DNA of 64,000 nucleotides, from NCBI GenBank assembly GCA_007695015.1, contig REEN01000055.1:13788-77787 (forward strand). Direction: 5' to 3'. Positions 39,566-48,489 of the stretch are shown here, one piece after another; positions within the stretch are counted from its first letter, which is position 1, and each line of letters begins with the position of its first letter. Source of the stretch: Marinilabiliales bacterium (GTDB taxonomy: Bacteria; Bacteroidota; Bacteroidia; Bacteroidales; PUMT01). The notes below the pieces were generated by a model. The model worked only from the letters and a program-made list of their open reading frames with translations. It was not told where the DNA came from and made no database searches. A program made the position numbers and the translations under genes.

Positions 39566-41134
39566 ATGACTATGGCAAACAGTAAAAACGGAAGTTCGGG
39601 GTTCATTGCAAGAATGCTCGGTGCAATAGAGCGGGTAGGAAATAAACTGCCGCATCCGGCCACCCTGTTTGCCATTTTTGCGGGAGGAACGATTGTGTTA
39701 TCAGGGATCGTGAGTGCTTTTGACATCACGGTTACGCATCCGGGCACCGGCGAGGAGGTAAAGCCTTTCAGCCTGCTGACGATCGAAGGGCTGCATATGA
39801 TACTGATGAGGATGGTGGTCAACTTCACCTCTTTTGCACCTCTGGGGACTGTACTTGTTGCACTCCTCGGTATAGGGGTGATGGAGTCGAGCGGTTTCAT
39901 GTCGACCGCGCTGCGCAAGCTGGTGCTGTCGGCGCCCAGGAAGCTTCTGACATTTGCAATCGTGTTTGCAGGGATCCTTTCAAATACAGCCAGTGAGGTT
40001 GGATATGTCGTTCTTGTTCCCCTGGGGGCTATGATATTCCTTGCAGTAGGCAGGAACCCGATAGCGGGGCTGGCCGCCGCCTTTGCAGGTGTTTCCGGGG
40101 GATACAGTGCCAATTTGCTTTTGGGGACCATTGATCCGCTGCTTGCAGGATTGTCGGAGGAGGCGGCCCATATAATTGACGAAACCTACCAGGTTAACCC
40201 CGCTGCCAACTATTACTTCATGTTTATTTCCACTTTCTTTATAGCATTTGTAGGCACCTGGGTTACCGAAAAGATCGTAATCCCACGCCTGGGTCCGTAC
40301 AAGGGTGATGCGAAGCCTGAAGAACTGAGTGATATCAGCAGTGATGAGAAGAGGGGCTTGAAATATGCATCCTGGACCTTTTACGTGATTGTGCTGCTGC
40401 TGTTGTGGGCCACGATGCCCATCAGCGGAGGGATATGGGACAATATACCCGGCAGCGGTTTTTTGCGTGACCCCTTAACAGGCGACCTGCTGAGGTCCCC
40501 TTTCATGTCGGGTATCGTTGCCATGATCTTCATTATTGCCGCAGTGATCGGTATAGCTTACGGAATCGGGGCAAAAACCCTGAAAAGCAATGCCGATGTT
40601 ATAAACGGGATGGGCAAGTCAATGTCGACGCTCGGCACATACATAGTTCTGGTTTTCTTTGCTGCACAGTTCGTTGCCTATTTCAACTGGACCAATCTTG
40701 GACTTATCTTTGCGATCAAGGGTGCCGAAGGCATAAGCGCACTGGGAATGGGGAGAATACCTCTGATGATCAGCCTTGTTTTGATTTCGGCACTGATAAA
40801 CCTTATTATTGGAAGCGCCTCGGCAAAATGGGCCATCATGGCCCCCGTTTTCATACCGATGTTCATGCTGCTTGGATATTCGCCTGAATTTACTCAGCTT
40901 GCCTACAGGGTTGGCGACAGCGTTACCAATGTGATCGCTCCAATGATGTCATATTTTGCTCTTATAGTAGCCTTTATGGAAAAATATGACAAGCGTGCAG
41001 GTATAGGTACCATAATTGCAACAATGCTGCCCTATTCGGTTATGTTCCTTCTTTTCTGGCTGGCAATGCTGATTGTATGGATACTTACGGGCCTGCCGAT
41101 AGGACCTGGAGCAGAGCTGTTTTATACTTTATAG
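39566..41134 (+). CDS. AbgT-family transporter (copy 2)
   Basis: Paralog of 34147-35730. Shared blocks include [39 protein letters not shown] and [37 protein letters not shown] prefer the ATG at 39566 to the track start at 39506. Confidence 0.88.
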   Translation: MTMANSKNGSSGFIARMLGAIERVGNKLPHPATLFAIFAGGTIVLSGIVSAFDITVTHPGTGEEVKPFSLLTIEGLHMILMRMVVNFTSFAPLGTVLVALLGIGVMESSGFMSTALRKLVLSAPRKLLTFAIVFAGILSNTASEVGYVVLVPLGAMIFLAVGRNPIAGLAAAFAGVSGGYSANLLLGTIDPLLAGLSEEAAHIIDETYQVNPAANYYFMFISTFFIAFVGTWVTEKIVIPRLGPYKGDAKPEELSDISSDEKRGLKYASWTFYVIVLLLLWATMPISGGIWDNIPGSGFLRDPLTGDLLRSPFMSGIVAMIFIIAAVIGIAYGIGAKTLKSNADVINGMGKSMSTLGTYIVLVFFAAQFVAYFNWTNLGLIFAIKGAEGISALGMGRIPLMISLVLISALINLIIGSASAKWAIMAPVFIPMFMLLGYSPEFTQLAYRVGDSVTNVIAPMMSYFALIVAFMEKYDKRAGIGTIIATMLPYSVMFLLFWLAMLIVWILTGLPIGPGAELFYTL

Positions 41135-41152
41135 AAAATTAAATTTACTGAT

Positions 41153-42649
41153 ATGATCTTCTTATGGGTGGTTCTTGGATACCTTGCTTTTCTTATGGGT
41201 ATCAGCGTTTATAAAAGTTTTGCGGTAAAAGGGCAGGACGATTTCATGGTGGCGGGGCGTTCCGTACCTACGTATAAACTGGTGGGTACGCTTCTTTGTA
41301 CCTGGATAGGTTCGGGAAGCCTTCTGGCAGGAGCAGGACTCGCTGCAAGGGTTGGGCTCTCGGAGTTATGGATGGCAGCGGGTGCCTGGGTTGGCATTAT
41401 AATAGTATTCTTTCTTGCTGCCCGGGTCAGGAGAATTGCCCAGTACACGGTACCCGACATACTTGAGCTGCGCTACAACAAGTGGGCACGTATACTGGGG
41501 ACCCTGGTAATTGTGATCGCCTATACCACTATCGTTGGTTACCAGTTCAGGGGCGGGGGGTTTGTGCTCAACCTTGTTGCAGGGGTGCCTGAATGGCAGG
41601 GGGTGATCATTACCGCAGCATTTATTGTTCTGTTTACCGCTTTTGCGGGAATGATCTCAATTGTTTCGGTTGACATAATTAACGGTGCAGTGATAACACT
41701 TGCCGTAATAGTTGCAGTCCCCCTGATCTATATCCATCTTGGCGGAAGTGAATATGTGTCTTCCAGCCTTGATCCTTCTAAACTTACGGTTTTTGGCGAC
41801 AATAACCTTCTTTGGGCTATGGGTATCTTCTTTCCTACCTTCCTGCTTTTGCTCGGCGAATCTAACATGTACCAGAAGTTCTTTTCGGCGCGCAATGAAA
41901 AGTCGGCAAAAACTGCAGTGGTCTGGTGGGTACTTGGCACCATTGTAGTCGAAACCGCAATAGCTTCACTTGCCATACTGGCCTTCAATCATTTTAACAG
42001 CCTTCCGTCCTCTTCAGAACTTTTTCTGTCGGTTGAGAACTCGGAGCAGATAATTTTACACACAGCCAGGTACAGCACTGAGGTTGGGCTGCCGCTTCTT
42101 GCAGGGTTGCTTCTTATATGTGCGGCCGTAGCCATTATTACCTCCACCGGAAACAGTTTCCTTATGGCCCCTTCTACCAACCTTACCCGTGATATTTTCC
42201 AGCGGTTCATAAAACCCGATGCCGGACAGAAACAGGTGGTTCTTTTCCAGAGGATGGCCCTGATAGCTCTTGGCATAATGGCCTATTTGCTCCTTACCCA
42301 GTTCAGGACAATACTGGATATGGCCTTTACGGCCTACACCATGGTAGGAGCAGGGCTTACACCTGTGCTGCTGGCTGCTTTCCTCTGGAAACGCGTAACA
42401 ACTGCGGGGGGGGTTGCCTCAATTGCTACCGGTATGGGGGTTACAGTATTGATAACGGTCATCAACGCAATTTTGCCTGAGCCATTTATCAGTACCAGTT
42501 ATATTGTAATACCTGCTGCAAGTGCTTCAATTGCAGTGCTTATTATCGTATCGCTTCTGACCAGACCCGATCCGGAGCATAAATGGCAGAAATTCTATAC
42601 CAGGGAGGCATCCCTCGCAGAAGCAATCCGTGAGCAGAAAAAGATTTAG
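41153..42649 (+). CDS. sodium:solute symporter family (SSF) transporter
   Basis: 498 aa with about 13 TM segments. The N-terminal DFMVAGRSVP and TWIGSGSLLG-like motifs are typical of SSF. Confidence 0.8.
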   Translation: MIFLWVVLGYLAFLMGISVYKSFAVKGQDDFMVAGRSVPTYKLVGTLLCTWIGSGSLLAGAGLAARVGLSELWMAAGAWVGIIIVFFLAARVRRIAQYTVPDILELRYNKWARILGTLVIVIAYTTIVGYQFRGGGFVLNLVAGVPEWQGVIITAAFIVLFTAFAGMISIVSVDIINGAVITLAVIVAVPLIYIHLGGSEYVSSSLDPSKLTVFGDNNLLWAMGIFFPTFLLLLGESNMYQKFFSARNEKSAKTAVVWWVLGTIVVETAIASLAILAFNHFNSLPSSSELFLSVENSEQIILHTARYSTEVGLPLLAGLLLICAAVAIITSTGNSFLMAPSTNLTRDIFQRFIKPDAGQKQVVLFQRMALIALGIMAYLLLTQFRTILDMAFTAYTMVGAGLTPVLLAAFLWKRVTTAGGVASIATGMGVTVLITVINAILPEPFISTSYIVIPAASASIAVLIIVSLLTRPDPEHKWQKFYTREASLAEAIREQKKI

Positions 42650-43080
42650 AAGCTTCAATAGGTTCAGGGAGGGCGTGGCATCATGAGAACGGGAATTGTA
42701 TTACAGACCCGCTTGATACCGTCACCGACCACTCTTTGCTCACTTTTAGCTCCGGCCTGATGGTTTTACCGGTCGGCACAATGGAAACCCGTTATAATTT
42801 TTTGTACCGGACTGTTTTTGTTTTCAACAAGTTATAAACAGTCGTGATAAGTCACTATACCTGTCAGGCTTATATCCGGACAGGTTATTTGTTAATAACT
42901 TATTTAATTAGTGGCTGGTTGTTGAAAAACCCGTGTCACGTTTTCAAAAAAAATGAACCTCTTGACAGGGGGCTATAACTTTTTGAACCAAATTTTTTGG
43001 ATAATAAAGCAGCCTGACGGCATTGCAGATGGAAAAGCTGACTGCCTCCCAGGCTGGATGTTAAACAAAAACACGTCATT

Positions 43081-43911
43081 ATGTACACCTCTGTCTGGAA
43101 AAACCATCACAAATCTGTATGTTCTTTTGAATTTTACAGTAAAAGGGGCATCCTTTTTTACCGGGCGACCGGCTTCAGGTACAAAGACTATATTGTGACT
43201 GACATATGCAGCGAAGAGATGAGAAGGGCCGTACGTTTAGTCCTGCGTTTTTGTCCTGATAGCTCAACTGAGCCTGTTATGTTTAAGGAACTCAACACCG
43301 TTGATCTGCGCAAGCTTATAGCGGGTGAGCTGAAAAATCGATATTCAGGAATAAAACTGATAAGGGTTCCCCCCGGCAGGACAGCGCCTGTTCCTTTAGC
43401 GGCACCTGTTGTACCTGCTGCTGTGGTAACCGGCACCCAGGTTGCCATTATCGGGTACAGCAGGCGTATGAACAAACCGTATTTGAAAGCTGGTATTGTT
43501 TCTTCACATAATATTATCGGTGGAGATGAATATATGCACATTGAAGCACCGTTTGAACCGGGCAATGCCGGTTCTCCTGTAATTGACCTGTCAACCGGTA
43601 ATATTGTAGGAGTTGTTACTGATTGTCTATCTTCACAGTTGAGGGACTACAGGGTGCTGAAGAGTATCATTAAAGAAAATATAAGAACGCTCAGCAAGTT
43701 AAACGGCAGCTTTAACGATGGCAGGACTGATTTTGCACAGGCTATAAAAGCCAATCAGTACATGGCCATGAACCTGGCCAGGGATATTCACCTTGGCTGT
43801 CACAGGAGTTATGGTTTTGCAGCACCTTTTATCCGGATAGCACGGTATGTGAAAGCCATTGGGCACGAGATACAGATCAGTGTAAATACTTCGGTGCAGG
43901 AGGGATATTAG
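43081..43911 (+). CDS. trypsin/V8-like (S1-fold) domain protein with substituted catalytic residues plus a C-terminal helical domain
   Basis: ATGFRYKDYIVTDICSEE aligns with the G-x-G-F...T-N-x-H-V block, placing Cys43 where His is expected. TVDLRKL is the Asp block. EPGNAGSPVIDLSTGNIVGVV aligns with GNSGSPV, placing Ala163 (GCC, 43567-43569) where the nucleophile Ser is expected. No signal peptide. Confidence 0.65.
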   Translation: MYTSVWKNHHKSVCSFEFYSKRGILFYRATGFRYKDYIVTDICSEEMRRAVRLVLRFCPDSSTEPVMFKELNTVDLRKLIAGELKNRYSGIKLIRVPPGRTAPVPLAAPVVPAAVVTGTQVAIIGYSRRMNKPYLKAGIVSSHNIIGGDEYMHIEAPFEPGNAGSPVIDLSTGNIVGVVTDCLSSQLRDYRVLKSIIKENIRTLSKLNGSFNDGRTDFAQAIKANQYMAMNLARDIHLGCHRSYGFAAPFIRIARYVKAIGHEIQISVNTSVQEGY

Positions 43912-44135
43912 GTATTATTGGCGCTCTTTTCTTCTTCTCCGGCAAAATCTTTCAGGATATTCTCAATGTCTTTCTCGGTTGCATAAAGCTTTTCCCGGCA
44001 CAATCTAAGCAGGAAGTATGCTCTTTTTACTTTGCCGGAAAGTTCGTCCACGTCCAGATCTTCGTTCTCTATCTGGTTAAGTATACTCTCTATTTCACCC
44101 ACTGCTTCATTGTAACTGATCTTATTCTCAGGCAT
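43908..44135 (-). CDS. xseB: exodeoxyribonuclease VII small subunit
   Basis: 75 aa. ISYNEAVGEIESILNQIENEDLDVDELSGKVKRAYFLLRLCREKL is the typical XseB helical hairpin. Confidence 0.88.
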   Translation of the reverse strand: MPENKISYNEAVGEIESILNQIENEDLDVDELSGKVKRAYFLLRLCREKLYATEKDIENILKDFAGEEEKSANNT

Positions 44136-44167
44136 AATTACTTAATTTTGGTTTAACCATGGATTAA

Positions 44168-46159
44168 TCATTTCTCCGGTTGATAATTCAGGGGAAGACT
44201 GAACCAGAAACTGCTTCCGGCACCAGGCTCGCTTTCAAATCCCAGTTTTCCTCCTGCCTTATCAATAAGCTCTTTGCACAGAATTAGGCCAAGGCCGCCT
44301 CCCTGCTCGTTGAATGTTCCCTTCCTGCTGGTATTACCGTCTATCCTGAATAATCTCTGCTGCATTTCATGAGGGATACCAATACCGGTGTCATCTATCC
44401 TTACAACCACTTCATTTCCTGTAACATTCAATGCTATGTCTATACGGCCATCCTCCCGTGTGAATTTGATAGCATTATCGATAAGATTCCTTATGACGCT
44501 GGATAACAGTGGTTTGTCTGACGACACGAACAGCTCGTCAGGAATGTCAGCGAAAATTGTTATATTCTTTTTCCGGGCACTGATCCTGAAGAAACTGATC
44601 TCTGAATGAATCTGGCTCACCAGGTCAAACCGCTCGGGAATGAAATGCATCATCCCGGTTTGTGAGGCTGACCATTTAAGAAGGTTTTCCAGCAGTTTGT
44701 AAAGATTCTGAGAGGACTGATGGATCAGTCTGATATATTCGCGAAGCTCTTCGCCTTCAAGCCTGTTGAAATCTGATACCATTATATCAGAGAATCCCAG
44801 CAGGGCGTTGAATGGGTTTTTAAGATCGTGGGCAATAATTGAGAAAAACCTGTTTTTAGTTGCATTCAGCTGCTCGAGGGTTATGGTCGATATCCTGAGC
44901 TTTTCGTTTGTCTCCTCCAGCTCACCGGCTTTCTTTTTAAGCAGCCTGCTTGTTTTCACTATTATCCTGTACCGGAAAGCAATGATAACTAAGAAGGTTG
45001 CCAATGAAGCCAGGACCAATGCCAGAATAATCTTAAAAGTATTCTGCCGGTTAAGGTTCAGTTCCTGGATCTCATTTTCCCTGCGTAGCAGCTCTATCAT
45101 GCTGTTTTTCTTTTCCGTTTCGTATATCGCTTCTAGCTGTTGGATTCTCCTGTTCGATTGTATGGTTCTGACGGAATCTTTAAGTTTGCTGTGCTTTACC
45201 AGGTTTTCAAAGGCTGCCTGATGATCTCTATTGGCTTTGTTGTACTGGTATAAAAGATGGTAGTTGTTGCTCATCAGCATCAGGGAGGTTGTGCTTGCTG
45301 CCAGATCAATGCTTCTGTTTATGCTTTCCAGTGCTTCCTCTTTGCGGTCCAGTTCAAGTAATGACCTTGCGATGTGATAATGTGCCGATGCAATTAACAG
45401 GGTGTCATTAGTTTCTTGAGCAAAATCGAGCGAAATCATCAGATGCGATAGTGATTCGATATGCTGGCCCTTCATAAAAAACACCTCGCCTGTCTGCCTG
45501 TGAACGACCGCCAGACTCCTGGGATCCTCCTTTGTCTGTTGTATTTCCAGCTGCCTGGAAAAATAGTGCAGTGAAACATCATATTTCCCCTTATCCCGGT
45601 ATAGTGCTCCAAGATTTCCAAGGGTTGAATATATGAGCTCGGGTTCCCCATGTAATTCTTTGGCGTCAAGTGCGCGGATCAGGTATACTTCTGCTGAATC
45701 ATACTGTTCCAGCTCATAGTAAAGCAACCCTATATTATTAAGATATATTCCTTTTCTCCGGTCATCATCCAGTTCAATTGCAATTTCAAGCGCCATGTTG
45801 TAGCTTTCAATAACATTGTCGTGGTTTCTAAGGAAGTAGTGGACATTGCCAATTCTGTTGAGTGCGTCTGCCTTCCTTGCGGAAGAGTTAAGTTCTTCTG
45901 CCAGTTGGAGTCCCCGAACCGCATAATTCATGCTTTCCTCGAAACTGTTAAAGTACCAGAGCATCTGACTTATATCAAGCAGCAGGTCAATCTTTTCGGT
46001 TCCCCTGCTTTTATCTGCAAGGTTGATCAGGCTGTCAAGCCTTGCCCGGGAAGTTTGCTGCCCGTAAAGGGTGAGGTCTGAACAAACGGTTATATACAGG
46101 ATCAGCATTATCCGTATGACGGTCCGGTAGAGCTTGTATATGTGGTTACATTTGATCAT
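44168..46159 (-). CDS. TPR-repeat sensor histidine kinase (no receiver domain)
   Basis: N-terminal anchor, TPR array, TM segment (FKIILALVLASLATFLVIIAF) and coiled coil. HisKA box FFSIIAHDLKNPFNALLGFS. HATPase_c: NLIDNAIKFT, DTGIGIP, GGGLGLILC. Confidence 0.88.
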   Translation of the reverse strand: MIKCNHIYKLYRTVIRIMLILYITVCSDLTLYGQQTSRARLDSLINLADKSRGTEKIDLLLDISQMLWYFNSFEESMNYAVRGLQLAEELNSSARKADALNRIGNVHYFLRNHDNVIESYNMALEIAIELDDDRRKGIYLNNIGLLYYELEQYDSAEVYLIRALDAKELHGEPELIYSTLGNLGALYRDKGKYDVSLHYFSRQLEIQQTKEDPRSLAVVHRQTGEVFFMKGQHIESLSHLMISLDFAQETNDTLLIASAHYHIARSLLELDRKEEALESINRSIDLAASTTSLMLMSNNYHLLYQYNKANRDHQAAFENLVKHSKLKDSVRTIQSNRRIQQLEAIYETEKKNSMIELLRRENEIQELNLNRQNTFKIILALVLASLATFLVIIAFRYRIIVKTSRLLKKKAGELEETNEKLRISTITLEQLNATKNRFFSIIAHDLKNPFNALLGFSDIMVSDFNRLEGEELREYIRLIHQSSQNLYKLLENLLKWSASQTGMMHFIPERFDLVSQIHSEISFFRISARKKNITIFADIPDELFVSSDKPLLSSVIRNLIDNAIKFTREDGRIDIALNVTGNEVVVRIDDTGIGIPHEMQQRLFRIDGNTSRKGTFNEQGGGLGLILCKELIDKAGGKLGFESEPGAGSSFWFSLPLNYQPEK

Positions 46160-48489
46160 CCTGGTATTGTAAAAGAAAAAGTGCTGCCTTGCCCGGGTTC
46201 GCTTTCAACCCATATTCTGCCGCCGGACTTCTCAATAAACTCCCTGCACAGGATCAGTCCGAGTCCCGTTCCCTTCTCATCATTGGTTCCCCTGGTTGTT
46301 ATGTTGTAGTTGATATTGAAAAGCTTTTTTTGTTCCTGGGGGTCTATCCCGGTGCCGTTATCTGTTACTGATACTTTTACGTCCCCTTCCCCTGGGATTG
46401 CCACCACCTTTATCTCACCGTTATAGTATGTGAACTTCACTGCATTGCTTAACAGGTTCCTGAGAACGCTGGCTATAATATTCCTGTCCGCGAAAGCGGT
46501 CAATCCTTCATCAATATCGGTGGTTACCGATATACCCTTTTTGCCGGCATCAGCCTTAAGTGAGCTTATGACCGTTTCAATAAAAGGCAGAAGCTTGAAT
46601 TTTTCTGGTTTGTGACTGATGTTGCCCGTCTGGCTTTTGGACCATTCAAGCAGGTTTTCAAGCAGCTGGTATAGATTAGCGGCCGATTTATTGATGATCT
46701 CTATATATGTGTAAACCTGGTCTTTTGAGAGGTTGTCATAGTCCTGGTTAAGTGTCTCGGAAAAACCAAGGAGTGCATTAAACGGGTTTTTCAGATCATG
46801 CGCAATAATCGAAAAGAATTTGTCTTTGGTTGAGTTGAGTTTCCTGAGGTTCTCACCGGATACTTCAAGCTCATGGTTGGCTGCCTGCAGCTGCATGTTC
46901 TTTTCATTGAGCGCCATGTTAAGCTTTCCCCTGTACCTTATCATTCTTATGATGATGAAGGAAAACAGGAAAGCTATGGCTGCAATAATTCCTAGTGCGA
47001 TGAGATATGTCCTTTCCCTTTCAATCCTGAGCTGCTGAAGCTGGTTATCCTTTTCAAGCAGGTCAAGCTGGTTAAGCTGGCTTTCAAACTGTTGCCTTAC
47101 CCGTAGTTCGGCTATCTTGCTCCCCGTATCTTCAGTAAATATGCTGTCTCTGTACTCATCATGCCTTTCAAACAGGTAGAGTGCTCTTTCATAATCTTCA
47201 AGTTCACTTAAGAGCATGGACTGGAACAGGTAGTTCTCTGCAATCAACTCTTTCGCATTCAGGCCTATTGCCATCTCAAGCGCCTGTTCAAGATATTTGC
47301 CTGCACTGTCATATTCTTTTTTCAGGTAGAACATTTCGCCCAGGTTATTGTAATTGTTGGCCAGGCTGAATACGTTACCGGTGCGGCTGTTGATCTCAAC
47401 AGACCTGTTATAGGCATCAAAAGCTTCTGCATAATTGCCCATCTTTGTGTGCAGAATCCCGATATTATGGGTTGTAGTGGCTATGCCCTGGTTCTGCCCT
47501 GCAGCATCATAACTCCCCAGAGCCTTCTTGTAATAATCGAGGGCCGTGGTATAGTCTCCCTTTTCATACCATATTATCCCGATATTATTCAGGATGCTGG
47601 CAATCCCTGATATATTTGCGCCCGTCTCATTATAAATATCGAGAGACCTGTGATAGTATTCAAGAGCTATGTCCAGGTGACCCAAATGCTTATGAATTAT
47701 CCCTATATTGTTCTTTACTGAGGCTATCCCGTTCTGATTACCGGTTTCACGGAAATATTCAAGTGCTCTGAAATAATTGACCTGTGCTTCATCATACAGG
47801 CTCATCCGTCTGTACATGGCGCCCCTGGTAAGCAGTACCGACGCCATTCCCTCTCTGTTACCGGTTCTTTCAAACATTAGCAACGCCCGGTCAATATGTG
47901 GTGACGCCTTTTCAAACTCATGCATCTCCGATTTCCGGGAACCCAAAAGATTCGAAAAATAGGCGATCTGATTTTCATCTCCGCTGAGTTCGCTTATTGT
48001 AAAAGCTTCTTGCAGGCATTTGAGTGCTTCATTGCTTTGGCCTGCCGCATTATAGAGAATGTACAGGTTGTTATATGATCCGAGTATGCCTTCAGTATCT
48101 TCAATCTCTTTTCTTATTTCGAGCGACTGAAGATAGTATTTCAGTGATTCATCGTAATCACCCGCGAAATACCTTGCATTCCCCAGCCTGTTAATTGCAT
48201 CGGCCACACCTTTCCTGTCGGCGAGCTGCGTGGCCATATCCAGTGCTTTTCCAGCATACCTGGCGCTCTCCTCGGGCGAAACCTGCCAGTATGCCCGGGA
48301 AATGTCATTAAATATCTGCACCTGTTCTGCAGGTGTGGCATATTCAAGCTTATTTAACAGGCTGTCAATAATATTGACTTCAGCTGTTGCAGAAATGTAT
48401 GAATAGAACAGCAGTATAACCGTTATCGTGTATTTTGTATGTATCTTCAAATCATTCAGAGACTTTGGTATTGTCCGTGGATATATCAA
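46156..48489 (-). CDS. TPR-repeat sensor histidine kinase (no receiver domain), paralog of the downstream gene
   Basis: Same architecture. TM segment YLIALGIIAAIAFLFSFIIIRMI, FFSIIAHDLKNPFNALLGFS, NLLSNAVKFT, DNGTGID, GTGLGLILC. The track start at 48489 is TTG. A TTG at 48450 (MKIHTKYTITVILLF...) would remove the 38-bp overlap with xseA. Confidence 0.88.
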   Translation of the reverse strand: MIYPRTIPKSLNDLKIHTKYTITVILLFYSYISATAEVNIIDSLLNKLEYATPAEQVQIFNDISRAYWQVSPEESARYAGKALDMATQLADRKGVADAINRLGNARYFAGDYDESLKYYLQSLEIRKEIEDTEGILGSYNNLYILYNAAGQSNEALKCLQEAFTISELSGDENQIAYFSNLLGSRKSEMHEFEKASPHIDRALLMFERTGNREGMASVLLTRGAMYRRMSLYDEAQVNYFRALEYFRETGNQNGIASVKNNIGIIHKHLGHLDIALEYYHRSLDIYNETGANISGIASILNNIGIIWYEKGDYTTALDYYKKALGSYDAAGQNQGIATTTHNIGILHTKMGNYAEAFDAYNRSVEINSRTGNVFSLANNYNNLGEMFYLKKEYDSAGKYLEQALEMAIGLNAKELIAENYLFQSMLLSELEDYERALYLFERHDEYRDSIFTEDTGSKIAELRVRQQFESQLNQLDLLEKDNQLQQLRIERERTYLIALGIIAAIAFLFSFIIIRMIRYRGKLNMALNEKNMQLQAANHELEVSGENLRKLNSTKDKFFSIIAHDLKNPFNALLGFSETLNQDYDNLSKDQVYTYIEIINKSAANLYQLLENLLEWSKSQTGNISHKPEKFKLLPFIETVISSLKADAGKKGISVTTDIDEGLTAFADRNIIASVLRNLLSNAVKFTYYNGEIKVVAIPGEGDVKVSVTDNGTGIDPQEQKKLFNINYNITTRGTNDEKGTGLGLILCREFIEKSGGRIWVESEPGQGSTFSFTIPG

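Noticed and set aside
39484-40131. A 215-aa minus-strand ORF overlapping the start of AbgT copy 2.
   Set aside because: It is antisense to a strongly conserved AbgT coding frame with paralog support. It looks like low-complexity P/S/A/T-rich shadow sequence.
42936-43198. Short ORFs in the long leader before the pseudoprotease: 42953-43198 (+), 81 aa, and a hand-found 47-codon minus-strand ORF at 43079-42936.
   Set aside because: They show no recognisable motifs. The plus ORF overlaps the start of the S1-fold gene out of frame, and the region is AT-rich with stops in the other frames. I treat the region as non-coding.
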